A stretch of 64,000 bases of DNA from Eledone cirrhosa. Taxonomy: Eukaryota. Location of the stretch: positions 9,176,001-9,240,000 of the forward strand of contig OZ024742.1 of assembly GCA_964016885.1 (NCBI GenBank), in the 5' to 3' direction. The position numbers were made by a program, and so were the translations under genes. The notes below the pieces were generated by a model. It saw only the letters and a program-made list of their open reading frames with translations. It had not been told where the DNA came from and did no database searches. This document shows, piece by piece, positions 42,772 through 55,703 of this stretch (within the stretch, counting starts at the first letter, position 1; each line of letters starts with the position of its first letter).

Positions 42772-45700
42772 GTGTTGTTCTTTGAGTCTCAGTCATTGGT
42801 GTTATTTAACTGGAAAGTTTGTTGAAATCAATATCAAGCCACTACCTGCAGCCTCAGATATTCAGGACGTATCGGAGGGTTCTTGCTGTTCCAGCAAACA
42901 TGCCTTTTGAAGTGTTCCAAAAAGCGGGGCGGGACCAATTTTCTTTAACCATCCCTGGAAACTCTTTGAGATAGTACCTAGTGCGCCTATGACAATCGGT
43001 TTCACTTTGACTTCATGGCAGTTCCAAATCCTTTTTACCTCCCAATTTAAGTCCTGGTATCGGTTAATTTTCTCCATCTCCTTCTCTTGCACTCTTATGT
43101 CAAATGATCAGGCTACATCCACAATCAGGCACCATCTTTTTTCCTTGTCCAAAACCACCAGGTCAGGTCTATTGTGTTCCAGTTTCTTGTCCGTCTGTAT
43201 CCTAAAATCCCACAGCACCTTCACTTGATCGTTTTCTATCACCTACTCTGGCTTATGCCCATACCACTTCTCAGAATGTGGTAAATTGTTTACTTTGCAT
43301 AGGTGCCAGTGGATCACCCTGCCCATCACATCATGTCTCCAGCCTTTATAGTGAGTCTGGGCTAGGTGTTTACACTCGGATACAATGTGAGCCACAGTCT
43401 CCTCTCTCTCTCCACAGATCCTACACAGTGGGCTAGCCTCCTCCTTGTAAATATGGTGTTTCAGCCACTTCGTTTCGAGGGCCTGCTCTTGCACAGCCAT
43501 TAGCATTCCTTCTGTAGCCTTTTTAAGGTCTCCTCTTTTCAACCAGTTCCATGTCTGTGGATATCTGAATTCAGTTTTCTCAAAGAAGGTACTATGAAGG
43601 AATTTTTCATGAAGGTTGCTCTTTCTCCTTGTTGTTATTTCCTCCTTGGACACCCCCTGGTCTATTGTCCTCTCCTTCAGTACAATGCTGAGCATTGGCT
43701 CCCTACTATCAGTCACGTATTTGTGTAGGTTGTTTTTCTCTATCTGAACACAGTCCTCTACGCTGATAAGACCTCTTCCACCTTCAGATCTCCTTAAGTA
43801 GAGCCTATCGATATCACTCCCCTTGTGGAACATGTTGTAGATAGTCAATAGCTTCCTAGTCTTCCTATCCATTTCTTTTTGTTCAGCAACATTCCATCTC
43901 AGAATTCCCGCACTGTACCTAATAATTGTTTCTACTTTAGGCACAAGGCCAGCAATTACCCAGTGCATTACTGGTACTTTATTTTATCGACCCCGTAAGG
44001 TTGAAGGCAAAGTCAACCTCGGCGGGATTTGAACTCAGATCGTAAAGGAACGTAACTATGCTGGATTCCCGCACTGTACCTAATAATAGACACAGTTCGG
44101 GAATTTACTGCACTTATGGCATTCCTACTGTTCAGATGTGACTTTAATACGCTCCTTACTCTCCGAATGTATTCAGATCTTATCAATTCCTTCATTTTTG
44201 TGTTCTTGATGTCATCAGCCTCCAGAACACCTAAATATTTGTATCTTTCTTCAGTGTCAATTTCCTTTATCATCTCACCTGTTGGTACATGGATTCCATT
44301 GCTTCTGCTCAATTTACCCCTCCTCATCACAAGGACACCACACTTACTAATACCAAATTGCATACATATATCATTGCTGAAAATACGGACAGTGTCAACA
44401 AGCACATCCAACTCCTTCTCACTTTTCCCGAAGAGCTTAAGATCGTCCATGAAGAGGAGTTGATTGATGGTAAGCTCTCCTTTTCCCAACTTGTATCCTG
44501 CTCTCACTTTTCGCAGTATAATGGTCAGGGGAATCAGGGCAAGGACAAACAACAGAGGGGACAGACTATCTCCCTGGAAGATACCTCTCTTGATCTTCAC
44601 TCCTCCCAAGGATTCTCCAGCTGATGTTAACTCTGTTTTCCAGGACTTCATACTTTTGCTCAACAACTGTCTGATGTTATCTGCCACCTTGAAGATCTCT
44701 AGGCTTTTGGTGATCCAAGAATGTGGCACCATGTCAAATGCCTTTTTGTAGTCTATCCATCCCATGGCAAGACCAGTGTGTCTCCTCTTGCAATTCCTCA
44801 TTACCATCTTATCAATAAGTAACTGGTCATTTGTACCACGGGACTTCTTTCGGCATCCTTTCTGTTCGTCCGGTAACAAGTTGTTTATGTGGAGGTGATG
44901 GTAGATTTCCTCAGACACAATGCTTGTTAACAGTTTCCACATTACGGACAGACATGTGATAGGTCTATAGTTGGTAACATCATTACCCTTGATTCGGTCT
45001 TTCATTACCAGAACTGTGGTACCTTTTGTCAACCACTCTGGTACCTCACCTGACAACAAGCAATCATTGAACATGGTTGTCAGTTTCGGGTGGAGGGATA
45101 TTATATTTTTAATCCAATACCCCTGCACACCATCTGGGCCTGGTGATTTCCAGTTGGTTAGATATTTGGCCTGCCCCTTAAGAGTTTCAACTGTGATACT
45201 CAAATCAGTTTGTTGGTGTGCCTGTTCACTAATCTCCTTTTGTACTGCCTCAATCCACACTGCCTGGTCATTATGTTTAACATCCTGCTCCCATATTCCT
45301 CTCCATAATGTCTTAGTTTGTTCCGCCTCAGGGATCAAGTCGTTGCCTCTTTCTTTCCCTTCAAGCAGCCCAAACAACATCTTCTGGTTGTTGTCAAACA
45401 TGCGGTTCTGTCTATACTGACTGACTCTGCTCTCGTATCGCCTAATTTTTGCACTCTTTGCTACAATGCGTTGCTTCAGTTCCTCCATGATAATATTTAG
45501 CTTTTTCCTCCTAGTTTTGTACTTTATTTCCAGTCTATTTTTAGTGTCTATGCTTTTTAGTGTCCCATTCAGTAGGGACTCAAGCTTTCCAATGTCATTT
45601 CTCATTTCCCTGATTTGACCATTCAGTCGTTTCTTCCACCAAGGTTCTGATCTTTCTTGTTTGTTGTTTCCTCTCGCTTTTATGCCAAGTAACTTCCTCA

Positions 45701-46900
45701 CCGCATTTGCTGTTGATTTGAGGATATTGTTGCACAGGTGAAGGCTCTTCACCTCAAGGTATGGGATGACTTTGTTTACCTTAGCTGTTGTTTCTTTTAA
45801 CTTTTTCCTGTCTACAAATCCTAAGTTCATAGGTTTCCCACTATCATTGTTCATTTCATCTACCACTAAGTTTAGGATATCAACCAAATCTTGTGTTAGC
45901 CCGTCAGCATTCATTTCCTCAATGGCCGTATCTTTGTTCCAGGTATTATTTATTTCAGGATTCAGATCATTGTCTGCTTCGGATGGTTCCTCCGTTCTCT
46001 CAACCTCTTTACCTTCATTTCGCACTGGCTCGTTTGCCTGGCATACTCCACTCTCCATTTCCAACCCAATCTCTCTGTTCAGTTCCTCCAGTTCCAGCTC
46101 GCTTATCCACCCATTAGTTCTTCTTACCCGAGCCTGCCCAGCCAATTTTTGTTCATCTAATTTGAATAGACCAATCTCGTTCAAGATGTTATGCATCCGT
46201 TTCCTATAGGCTTTCTCCTTGGGGTTACTCTTCAGGTAACATTGCATAACAGTTCTATTCAATTCTTTCGTCCAGTTGGTTCTGGTCCCTTTCCTTCTTC
46301 TTCTTCCTCCAACACCAGCAGTATTTGGATGACAGCCAGGTCCCTGCTGCGGAGACAGGGAGCACCTGCTGGGTGAGAGTCTGTCACATGACATTCCAGT
46401 CTCCACTTCACCGTTATTCGAACTGTTTAGGTTCGACATTTAAGCACTCATATCGAGGATTGGTGAATGTATGGTTACATAACTACCGGTGATTTCATCA
46501 CCCCCGGTGATTTTAGCGTGGCACCATCACGCTGTAGACAAACATAAATAAACAAACAAATAGATAAAAACCTAAAAAAAATAAAAAAACGAACACAAGT
46601 TTCATTGTAATGTTTGAATGTCTCACTTAGTTTTTTCTCTTTTTTTTTCTTTTTTTGTTTGTTTTTCTCTTTTGCGTTTTTCGTTTTACAAGGCCAGTAA
46701 CATCGGTTACTAGTGTTGTTGTTGCTGCTGCTGCTAAGGGAAGTAGGGGTTGTTGTGTTCAAAACTTTTGAAACCCGTGTCCGTTGTTGCGTTTGCTTCT
46801 GTCTCTGTTCTGTTCTATAATTTTTCGACTATAATTTTTTATATAATTTTTTTCCCCTTCATCCCTACGTTGCCGACACCACAAGGCACCTGCAACACAC
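42772..46900 (-). mobile_element. R4/Dong-like copy 3 (diverged subfamily), disrupted by a SINE, a stop and a frameshift; the 5' region may extend to ~47340
   Basis: ORF pieces 44013-46439, 43243-43968 and 42862-43092 are homologous to copy 1. Confidence 0.9.
43927..44064 (-). mobile_element. 5'-truncated SINE inserted in Dong copy 3, with a 23-bp TSD
   Basis: ATTCCCGCACTGTACCTAATAAT at 43904-43926 and 44065-44087. Confidence 0.92.
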
Positions 46901-46904
46901 CGGG

Positions 46905-46950
46905 ACAATTGCTGGCCCCGTGCCAAAAGCAGAAGCAATTATTATTATTA
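46905..46950 (+). mobile_element. 3'-terminal SINE fragment with an ATT tail
   Basis: AATTGCTGGCCCCGTGCCAAAAGCAGAAGCAATTATT resembles the SINE 3' end. Confidence 0.6.
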
Positions 46951-47361
46951 TATTATAGTTTAGAATTGATATCGTTTAAACTAAACATTTTGAGAGAGTT
47001 TAGAGATACAACATAATTATTTTGGTGTTGTTGTTGTTAGCTGCTTGGCCGAGTCACTAACCCAGTCTATTTATATCTGTTGATACCCACAACGCTTCTT
47101 TTCATGTGTAGCGGTACCACCACCCCTCTCTTAAGTAGTGAGGGAATAGTGGCGGTAGCGATGATGCAGTGGCGACGGTGGTGATGGGGCAGCAGTACTA
47201 TAGGGATGGTGCTGGTTTGTATTTGGCTAGATTTTTTGTGGTAGTGGTGATGGTGATGGTGGCGGCGGCGGCGGCGGTGGTGGTGCTGGTGGTGAAGTTA
47301 TTTGGCTGTTGTTTTCTAGTAATTTTCTTTTCTGACTATAAAAACAATTATTATTATTATA

Positions 47362-50300
47362 TTATAGTTAAGATTCGACATCGTTTAAACTAAACATTAT
47401 TAAAATTAACAAATATTTCTAACACAAACAACACCAACAATAACACCAACAACAACACCAACAACAACACCATCAATAACAACAGCAACAACAAAAATAA
47501 CAGCGGAAAAGTCGAGAACGACAATAACAAAAATAAAAACGGTAAGGTCGAGAACGACAATAACAATGACAATAACAATAGCCACAACAACAACAATAAG
47601 AGTAGGAACAGTATCAACGAAAACAACACCAACAACACCAACAACTGTACCAACGAAAACATCATCAATGACATCGATACCTGCAATAGCGACCTCAGCA
47701 CCACCAGTAAGACCAGTAGCGGCAGCAATAGTGGTGCTGCTGAAAAAGGGACCACTTCTTTTGAGGTGTCGCCCGAAATATTGAGACAGTGTTAGTCACA
47801 GAGGAGGAGATGGCAGTCGTAAGGGCCATGGTGACAAGAAGCGCCAATAGAGTCTCCCTGAAACCTCTACCTGATTTTTTCAAGGACCAGCAGCTACGGA
47901 CGGTGACTTACCGCACCGTAAGCAAAATCTCACATCGGGTGGAGAGAGCCACGGAGGCTCAAATCCCAAAAGCCTTGGGGTGCGTCTGGGAACGCAAAAC
48001 CCACATCACCCGAGGCAGAAAGTACGCCACAGTAGACGTACAATTCGCTATCCCCCAGGAAGCAAAGTCTCACTCTTTGGAAACCCTAAAGAGTGAGGAG
48101 ATAGTCTTGGTGCCCTCCTACTGCGGGCAGAAAATTGTGAGGGTCAAAGTGACCCAGGTCCCACCCGACGTGCCCATACCTTGGCTGGCCGCATCTGATC
48201 TTGTGGGATTCGAGAACAGTACGACCATGCTGCGAGTAGAAAAAATAGGGAGAGAGAACTGGTCAGGTATAGGCATGCAAATGCTTATACAAACTGACCA
48301 GGAATGTATCGAGGCTATCCCCGATATCATAGACATCGAGGAAGGACTCCAGCTTCCTATAAGTGTAGAAGGAAGACGGCCAAAATGTTATCTCTGTGGG
48401 TCGAAGGGTTACCTCAGGGCCTTTTGTCCGCAGAAGACAGCGAAGAAGAAGGCCCCTCTCCGTCCAATACCTGGTCTGCTGCTACCAAGAACAGGGCAGG
48501 CAACAAACGTAGAAGCCCCTTCCACGGTCAGTAGGTGGGCAACGTCCGTAGCACCCGTACCAAGGCCATGGATAACTAAAGCAGCATCATCAGTAGCGGC
48601 AACACCAATAGCTACATTTGAAGTAGCTACACCAGCAACAAAATTCCCGAAGAGGGCTCCACTGCCACCACCAACAGCCGTGGAGCACATACCCCTCCCA
48701 GACGCCACAGAATCCGACCTGGAGTTTGAGGCGAGAGTGAAATGGCAAACGGTCTGCCACACAAAAAAAAAAAAACCCTTAGATTCACCCTCCAAAAGCG
48801 AAGGCATACAAAGAGGGGTAAAGGCAGCAAGGAAACTTGCAGCAACACCACCACCATCACCACCACAAGCACCACTGACAACAACAACCACACCACCACC
48901 AGCATCACCAAAAACACCAACAACGCAAACACAACAAGACACACACACCAAACAGCAACAACAAGAAAACAGCAACAAAATCACCCCTCCCCCCAAAAAG
49001 TACACAGCCATAAACATGACAAAGAAAGAACTCATACAATATATAAAGCAGCACACAGACATCACAGAAAAAACTACTACACCCCACCAACACCATGAAC
49101 TCTCCCAACAAACATAAGCATCATTGAAATCTCAATAGAACAGTACAAACCTTTAAAACAAAAATTTCCCAACGCAGTTGGAGACTTCAGACGATCGGTT
49201 ACCAAGAGGATATACACTGACATCTTCTTGGGAACACTCATGACCAGCAAAAGGGACGGTTCTACTGTCCCTTCACCACACGATCAAGGTAAGTGACCCT
49301 TTCTCACTTGCCCTATTTCTCATCCAAAATGGCCGTACTCAGAATAGACAGTATAAATGCACGTGGCCTGGGGTCATCTTGGAAGCAGAGCCACCTACTC
49401 AACGACCTCAGATCACTAAACATAGATGTGGTGGCCATCAGTGAGACCAGAATCTCCGAAGCACGGGCCTTCGCACCGATCTTCAGCGGCTACGATGTAT
49501 ACGCATCTCCCAGCCGTCCAGGATCGGGGGGAAGAGTTGTCGTCCGTTTTCGGAGAGGCTTGGATCTCGCCATACGGGCCATCTTCCTAGCCCCAGAAGG
49601 TCAATCGGTGGTGTTGGACTCACTGGCATCGAAGGCAATGCTTTCAGTCTAGTAGCCGTCTACGCCCCAACAGAGGCAGGACGGCCAGATTTCTTCAGGC
49701 GTCTAGAGACCTTTCTTGGAACGTCCCGCTCTTTAGTGTTAGTGGGCGACTGGAACGGTATCTTTGATGCACGCTGGGATTGTGTGGGGCTAGCGGATAG
49801 GGGAGGAAGGTGCAAGAGCCTCACCAACCAATTCAGAAGTTTTGAACTGTCTGACAGGTATCGACTGGATCACCCGAATGTGCCAATGTGGACATGGACA
49901 AACAGCATCGGGTCATCCAGATCGTATCTCGATAGGATATTCTGCTGAGAACTAGATAAGGCTAGTATAAGTTGTCCACAATTTAAAATAGTCGACTACA
50001 CAGACCACAAATTTGTGATCTGTGAGATCGACATAGACAGACTTCATAGACAAGGGCCTGTTTACTGGCAGCTGAACGCGTCTTTTCCGGCGCGCAAAGC
50101 CTACAGAGACCGGATTAGCGTATTAGTTAAGCGGGCGTTGACGGGAACGGTCGTCAGGTCGTCAACAACAGGTGGTGGTTCACCCTGAAAAGGGCAATTA
50201 AAGTAGAGTCGATTAGGTTTAGCAAAGGAGTAGTGATAGAGGAAAATAGAGTAGAGGGAGAGCTAGTCAGAAAGCTAGAAGAGGCGTTTAGGACAGGCAT

Positions 50301-53042
50301 CGCAACCGACGTGCTCGCGGCGAGATTGGCACTCGCCAATTCTTCAACGCAAAACACGGAGGCTGCGTTGTCAGAGCTAGAGCGCGTGCTCTGAAACACG
50401 AGGGGACAAAAGTCGTCCAATGGGCCCGGGTGGCAGAGGCGCGACGTGGCAATAAAGCCACAATTCGGTCTTTGTCTGACCAAAACGGGTGCGTGATGCT
50501 CGAACCCGAGCGGATGTGTGAAGCTTTTCAGCAGCACTTTGCTGAACTGTTCGGGAGCAGCGGCGGCTCGGATCGGGGCATGGACTTCAGTGCATGCCTC
50601 GACGGACTGCCTGGGCTCTCAACGACCGCAGCACATTGTTCCGAAAAGCCAATATCAGCCGGTGAAATACAGGAAGCGATGCCTAACTGCACAAGGGGTA
50701 AATCGCAAGGTTTCGGTGGTCTGCCCTACGAGCTTTATGCATTTATGACAGACTTATTCGGTGACCTCTTGGCAGACAACTACTGCAACTTGCAGCAGAA
50801 CGGGAGCATTCCCAGTCTTGTGAGCCGGGGAGCAGTGGCGCTGCTGAGAAAAGAACCGAACAAGGGGGATGTTATCGATAATTTCAGACCCATAACACTG
50901 CTAAGCGCAGAGTTCAAGATTTTGGCCAAGGTGTTAGCAACGAGGTTGGCGCTTGTCGTCAAGGGTCTGGTGGGAGAGGCGCAGACATGCGCCATTCCGG
51001 ACAGATCCATACACAACCTCCACCTCATGCGATACATCATAGAGAGGGTGGTTAAGGAACCTGGCACGGATGAGGCCCTGATCAACTTGGATCAATTCAA
51101 AGCATTCGATAGGGTCGACTATCGGTACCTGGCGGCGGTCCTCGAGGCAGCCGGTTTCGGGTCCGTTTTCAGGGGTTGGATCGCAGCAATGTACAGCGAC
51201 ATCTGCTCAGTTGTGAGGATGAACGGTCAACTGTCGCAGCCGTTCAGCATCATGCGTTCAGTCCGCCAGAGTTGTTCCCTCTCGTCCCTCTAGTACGTAT
51301 TGGCTCTCAAGCCGTTACAGCACAAACTGAGGGCGATGAGGGGCGTCCCACGCGAACTAGGATGCGGGAAATCCGAGTCGGCTTACGCTGACGACGTCAC
51401 CGTGGTGGTGTCGAGCACCAGACACGTCCAGATGCTCGGCACCGCTCTCAAGGAATACGAAGCGGTGACAGGAGCAAAGATAGACCAGGAAAAGTCGGTG
51501 GGTTGCAGCTCGGCACCTGGAGGGGCAAGTCCATGCCGCCCGACAGCGTCGTGGGGCGTTGGACGGACGAACTGGTTAAATTGCTCGGGGTCTGGTTCGG
51601 ACCGCACCTCCAGATGGAGAAAAACTGGAACGAGGTGACGAGCAGGGTGGCCTCTCTCACCCAGAAATGGGCCGAGAAGAAGCTGTCCCTGAAAGGTCGG
51701 GCGGAAGTGGCGAATGCGTACATCGCATCCGTCATCTGCTACCTCCTCACCGTCGTCCCTTGCTCCTGCCCAATTCTCACCAAAATGGAGCGCCTCCTTT
51801 TCCGCTTTTTGTGGAAGGGACGCGCTCCCATAGTCAGACGATCCATCTGCTGTCAACACCCGTTGCGTGGAGGACTGGGCATGCCATGGCTGATGATGCG
51901 CAAACATGCGCTGAGGCTGCGACATCTCTGGTGCTTCCTTGACGGTGAACAGGTGTGGTCGCAGTTCGCCTGGCACGTTTTCCCACAGCTCGTCTCTTTG
52001 ACGGAGCTGCAGTCCTGGGTCAGAAAAAGACCGAGGGATAGCGCTTGGAAACTGGAATGTCTCCAGGCGCTCACTGCCCTCTGCTAGCTGGGCAACAGTA
52101 TCGGTGGAACATCCACCTCGTCGTTCTATAGAGGACTAGTGGATGGGAAGAGCGACGACATTCTCGGAGAGATCCTTGGCGTCGAAGAAGATCAGCTGTT
52201 TGCTCTCTTCCGGAGAACTTTCAGCCCAGGGCCTATGGATAACTTCCAAAAATCCCTGGCCTGGCAGTGCTACCGGGGAGCGATGCCGGTTCGAGATAAG
52301 CTCTACAGGCACGGAAGTGCCGTCAGCCGAGCATGTCCAAGATGCGCGCAGAGCGACGAAACCGTTGTGCACGCACGCGTTCAGTGTCCGAGCATTGCTG
52401 ACTTGTGGAGCTATGTTGAACAGTTGCTGTCGCGTATAGGATTGATCCGGTTATCGACTGAGTCCATTGTGCAGATGGTCTCGCTGTCTTCCTTCGAGTA
52501 GGAAGGGCAGGAGGTTTTCATATGCCTGGTGACCATAGCGAAAGAGATTGTGTGGTGGACAAATTTAAAAGGGTTAAAGACAGACACATTCCTCTTCGGC
52601 GATTCCCTAATTAACTTTTTCAAGTTTCACTTGAAGAGGAAAATCAGGGTGGAGAGGCAAGTGGTGCCTTCTAGCAAGTTTGTTGAAAGGTGGGTGAATG
52701 TAGCGAGAATGGTCCGAGTGAACGGGACCGCTCTGAATATACGTCTGTAGTTTGAGAGATGGAAAAATTGAGAGCGGCCGCTTTCCCTGGTGGTCAGGCT
52801 GGCCGTGGTCTTTTGTGTGGTTTTCGGCACGAGTAACCCTCGGAGGTTTCCCCCCTATTAGGGAATATTTCATTGTTTCAATTTTCATTTTTATTGTTTA
52901 TATATATATGTTTCTATGTTCTTTTTTGTCTTTTCTTATATAAATAATAAAAATATTTACACGCACAAAACCCACTTCGTACCGTCCTGTGCCGTCTGTG
53001 ATGTTTTTCTTGATGTCAGCCCTTGTGGCCAATAAAGAAATC
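47362..53042 (+). mobile_element. Tx1/L1-clade element (copy B, diverged subfamily), degenerate
   Basis: Asn-rich start; ORF1 (CYLCGSKGYLRAFC); ORF2 at 49329-52750 homologous to copy A. Ends CCCTTGTGGCCAATAAAGAAATC followed by (ATT)n. The 5' boundary is approximate. Confidence 0.88.
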
Positions 53043-53084
53043 ATTATTACTATTATAATAATTATTATTATTATTATTATTATT

Positions 53085-53594
53085 CTTTGAGTCTCAGTCA
53101 TTGATGTTAGTTAACTGGAAAGTTTGTTGAGATGAATATCAAGCCACTACCTGCAGCCTCAGATATTCAGGACGTATCGGCGGGTTCTTGCTGTTCACAG
53201 CAAGCATGCCTTTTGAAGCGTTCCAAAAAGCGTGAAGGGGCCAATTTTCTTTAACCATCCCTGGAAACTTTTTGAGATAGTCCCTAGTGCGCCTATGACA
53301 ATCGGGATCACTTTGACTTCATGGCAGTTCCAAATCCTTTTTACCTCCCACTTTAAGTCCTGGTATCGGTTAATTTTCTCCCTCTCCTTCTCTTGCACTC
53401 TCGTGTCGAATGGACAGGCCACATCCACAATCAGGCACGATCTTTTTTCTTTGTCCAAAACCACCAGGTCAGGTCTATTGTGTTCCAGTTTCTTGTCCGT
53501 CTGTATCCTAAAATCCCACAGTACCTTCACCTGATCGTTTTCTATCACCTCCTCTGGCTCATGCTCATACCACTTCTCAGAATGTGGTAAATTG

Positions 53595-53597
<3 letters not shown>
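53085..53597 (-). mobile_element. R4/Dong-like 3' fragment (copy 4)
   Basis: RLE-coding C-terminus. (ATT)n on both sides. Confidence 0.9.
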
Positions 53598-53650
<53 letters not shown>

Positions 53651-53658
53651 ATATATAT

Positions 53659-54317
53659 ATATCACGATAAATTAACGGAGCCATAGACTCACGCTATCAA
53701 TAATGTGCTCAAAGGAGAAGGAATCCTGAGCTCTTTAACAAACAATATGTTGAAAAAGTAACATACCAGAGAGAGATACTGCGCCATCAATAAAACAGGG
53801 AAAATCCACCGTTGTTGGAATCTATAACCTATAGCGAGAGACTATGGCTCCTTTAATTTATCGTGATATTTCGCTCCTTATTACAGTGTTTCCTCTCTCC
53901 CTGTTTGGTTAAGCACAATTCTCTGAGTGGTTTTGGGCTGCCCTTTAAACAGCTTGGCCCTCAGACACCACTGGTCCACTGCCCTAAACACGCTGTGACA
54001 TCTCTCTCCACGTGTAGCTGGACGGTCGCTTTAAATTCTCTTAGAGTTGTCTGAAATGTATAGCCTTACACATGCTGATGAACCATGGGCTATTTCATTC
54101 CTGTCAACAACTTATTGGCGAAACAGATCTCTTTGGATTTGTACGTGTGTGTTATATAGTTATAGAGGTATTTCTATACACTTTAATTTATATTTTTAAT
54201 TATCGTGTGTCTTTTCTGCCTTTCATATGTTATAGATTCCATACACTGGTGGTTTTTCCCGGTTTTATTGATGGCGCACTATCTCTCTCTGGTATGTTAC
54301 CTTTTCAACATATTGTA
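53659..54317. repeat. Element with two overlapping inverted-repeat pairs
   Basis: 53659-53697 pairs with 53831-53869, and 53741-53810 pairs with 54248-54317. (TA)n on both sides. Confidence 0.75.
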
Positions 54318-54338
54318 TATATATATATATATATATAT

Positions 54339-54874
54339 ATTGTTATACTTGGGGAGGGTCATATTTGTGTAATATTGCCAGAATTAATAACAGAACACAC
54401 TCACTGTTTGGTTGGTTTTCGCTTTTCGCTTCTGTGTCTTTTATATCGGCAATCTAATTTATTCGGTCCTCAATGTTGCCATTGACTGACCAGCGGTCAA
54501 AATTAATACAGATACAATATAGACACAAACACATATATATAGTTTATCAAAGTTCTTTCGTTGCACATCTGCAACATCGTCAGTGGTGCTATTGTTTCCT
54601 GCCGTTACATTGTATTTTCTATGCCATCTTTATTTAGTCTGTTTATATATTTATTTATTTGTTTATTTTATTTATTAAATAAATACATACACAAGCACAA
54701 TAACAACAAACACATATAAACACACACTAGTAAAGATAGAATACATTAACCAATACACATTCACCCAATCACGAACACACATCAAACAAAACACTATACA
54801 CACACGCAAACGCATGCGCAAAGAAGACAAAATAAAATATTACACAAATATGACCCTCCCCAAGTATAACAATA
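54339..54874. mobile_element. Element with ~37-bp terminal inverted repeats and an internal hammerhead-like motif
   Basis: ATTGTTATACTTGGGAGGGTCATATTTGTGTAATATT and its reverse complement at 54836-54873. Minus strand 54548-54585 reads CA-CTGACGA-T-GTTGCA-GATG-TGCAAC-GAAA-GAAC-TT-TG. Confidence 0.7.
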
Positions 54875-54910
54875 TTTGTTTGGACACACGATTTCATATC
54901 AAAAACCTCG

Positions 54911-55000
<90 letters not shown>

Positions 55001-55060
55001 TATATCCCGGGTTCAATCGGGAGTAACCACAGCAATTAAGGTACTCAATACAAAGCAGAG

Positions 55061-55169
55061 TATAATATAGAAAGGCTTCTACAGGACTAGAACATTTTCA
55101 TTCGGTAGAATTCATCAGAATTTCCTGATGATTTCACCCGAGTGAAACAGTGCTAGTCCTGTAGAAGCT

Positions 55170-55182
<13 letters not shown>
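55061..55182. repeat. Imperfect palindrome of two back-to-back hammerhead-like halves
   Basis: Arms TATAATATAGAAAGGCTTCTACAGGACTAG / CTAGTCCTGTAGAAGCTTCTCTATATTATA. CTGATGA..GAAA reads outward from the centre on each strand. Confidence 0.7.
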
Positions 55183-55204
<22 letters not shown>

Positions 55205-55703
55205 GTATAAAAGAGAAAACACAAGTAAGCATTAAGAAAATAATTTTATCCAGGTATTTACGACCGTTTCATTGGTAAGTGCACCCTTATATTGCTACAC
55301 TGCAAATAGCAGCCACTCAATGATAATTGTTGTTCGCGTCCAAATTTTCAAAATAGTGAGAAAGTTACTCTTAAAAAAGTTCTTGATATATAGAGAAAAA
55401 CATTTTTGGGAATTGTATTTACTAGTATAGAGAGAGAGGAAGAGGAATTAGCAAGTGGGGGGACAAACGGAAAAGTATAGAGAGAGAAAGAGAGGAAGGG
55501 GGAGAAGAGTTATGGAGTAGAGTGACAAACTGGGATGGAGGGATGGGTAGATGTGGACGAACTGGGTCACAATAAGCAATTACCTGGTTCCCTAACTATA
55601 TATATATATATATATATACATTTGTCAGCATTTTCTTTTCCTTTTACTAATATATAACAACTCGTGTGTTACACCTCTATTTTTTTAAATATATATATAT
55701 ATA

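Noticed and set aside
35702-46376. Plus-strand ORFs recurring three times
   Set aside because: Antisense shadows of the Dong ORF, repeated because the element is repeated.
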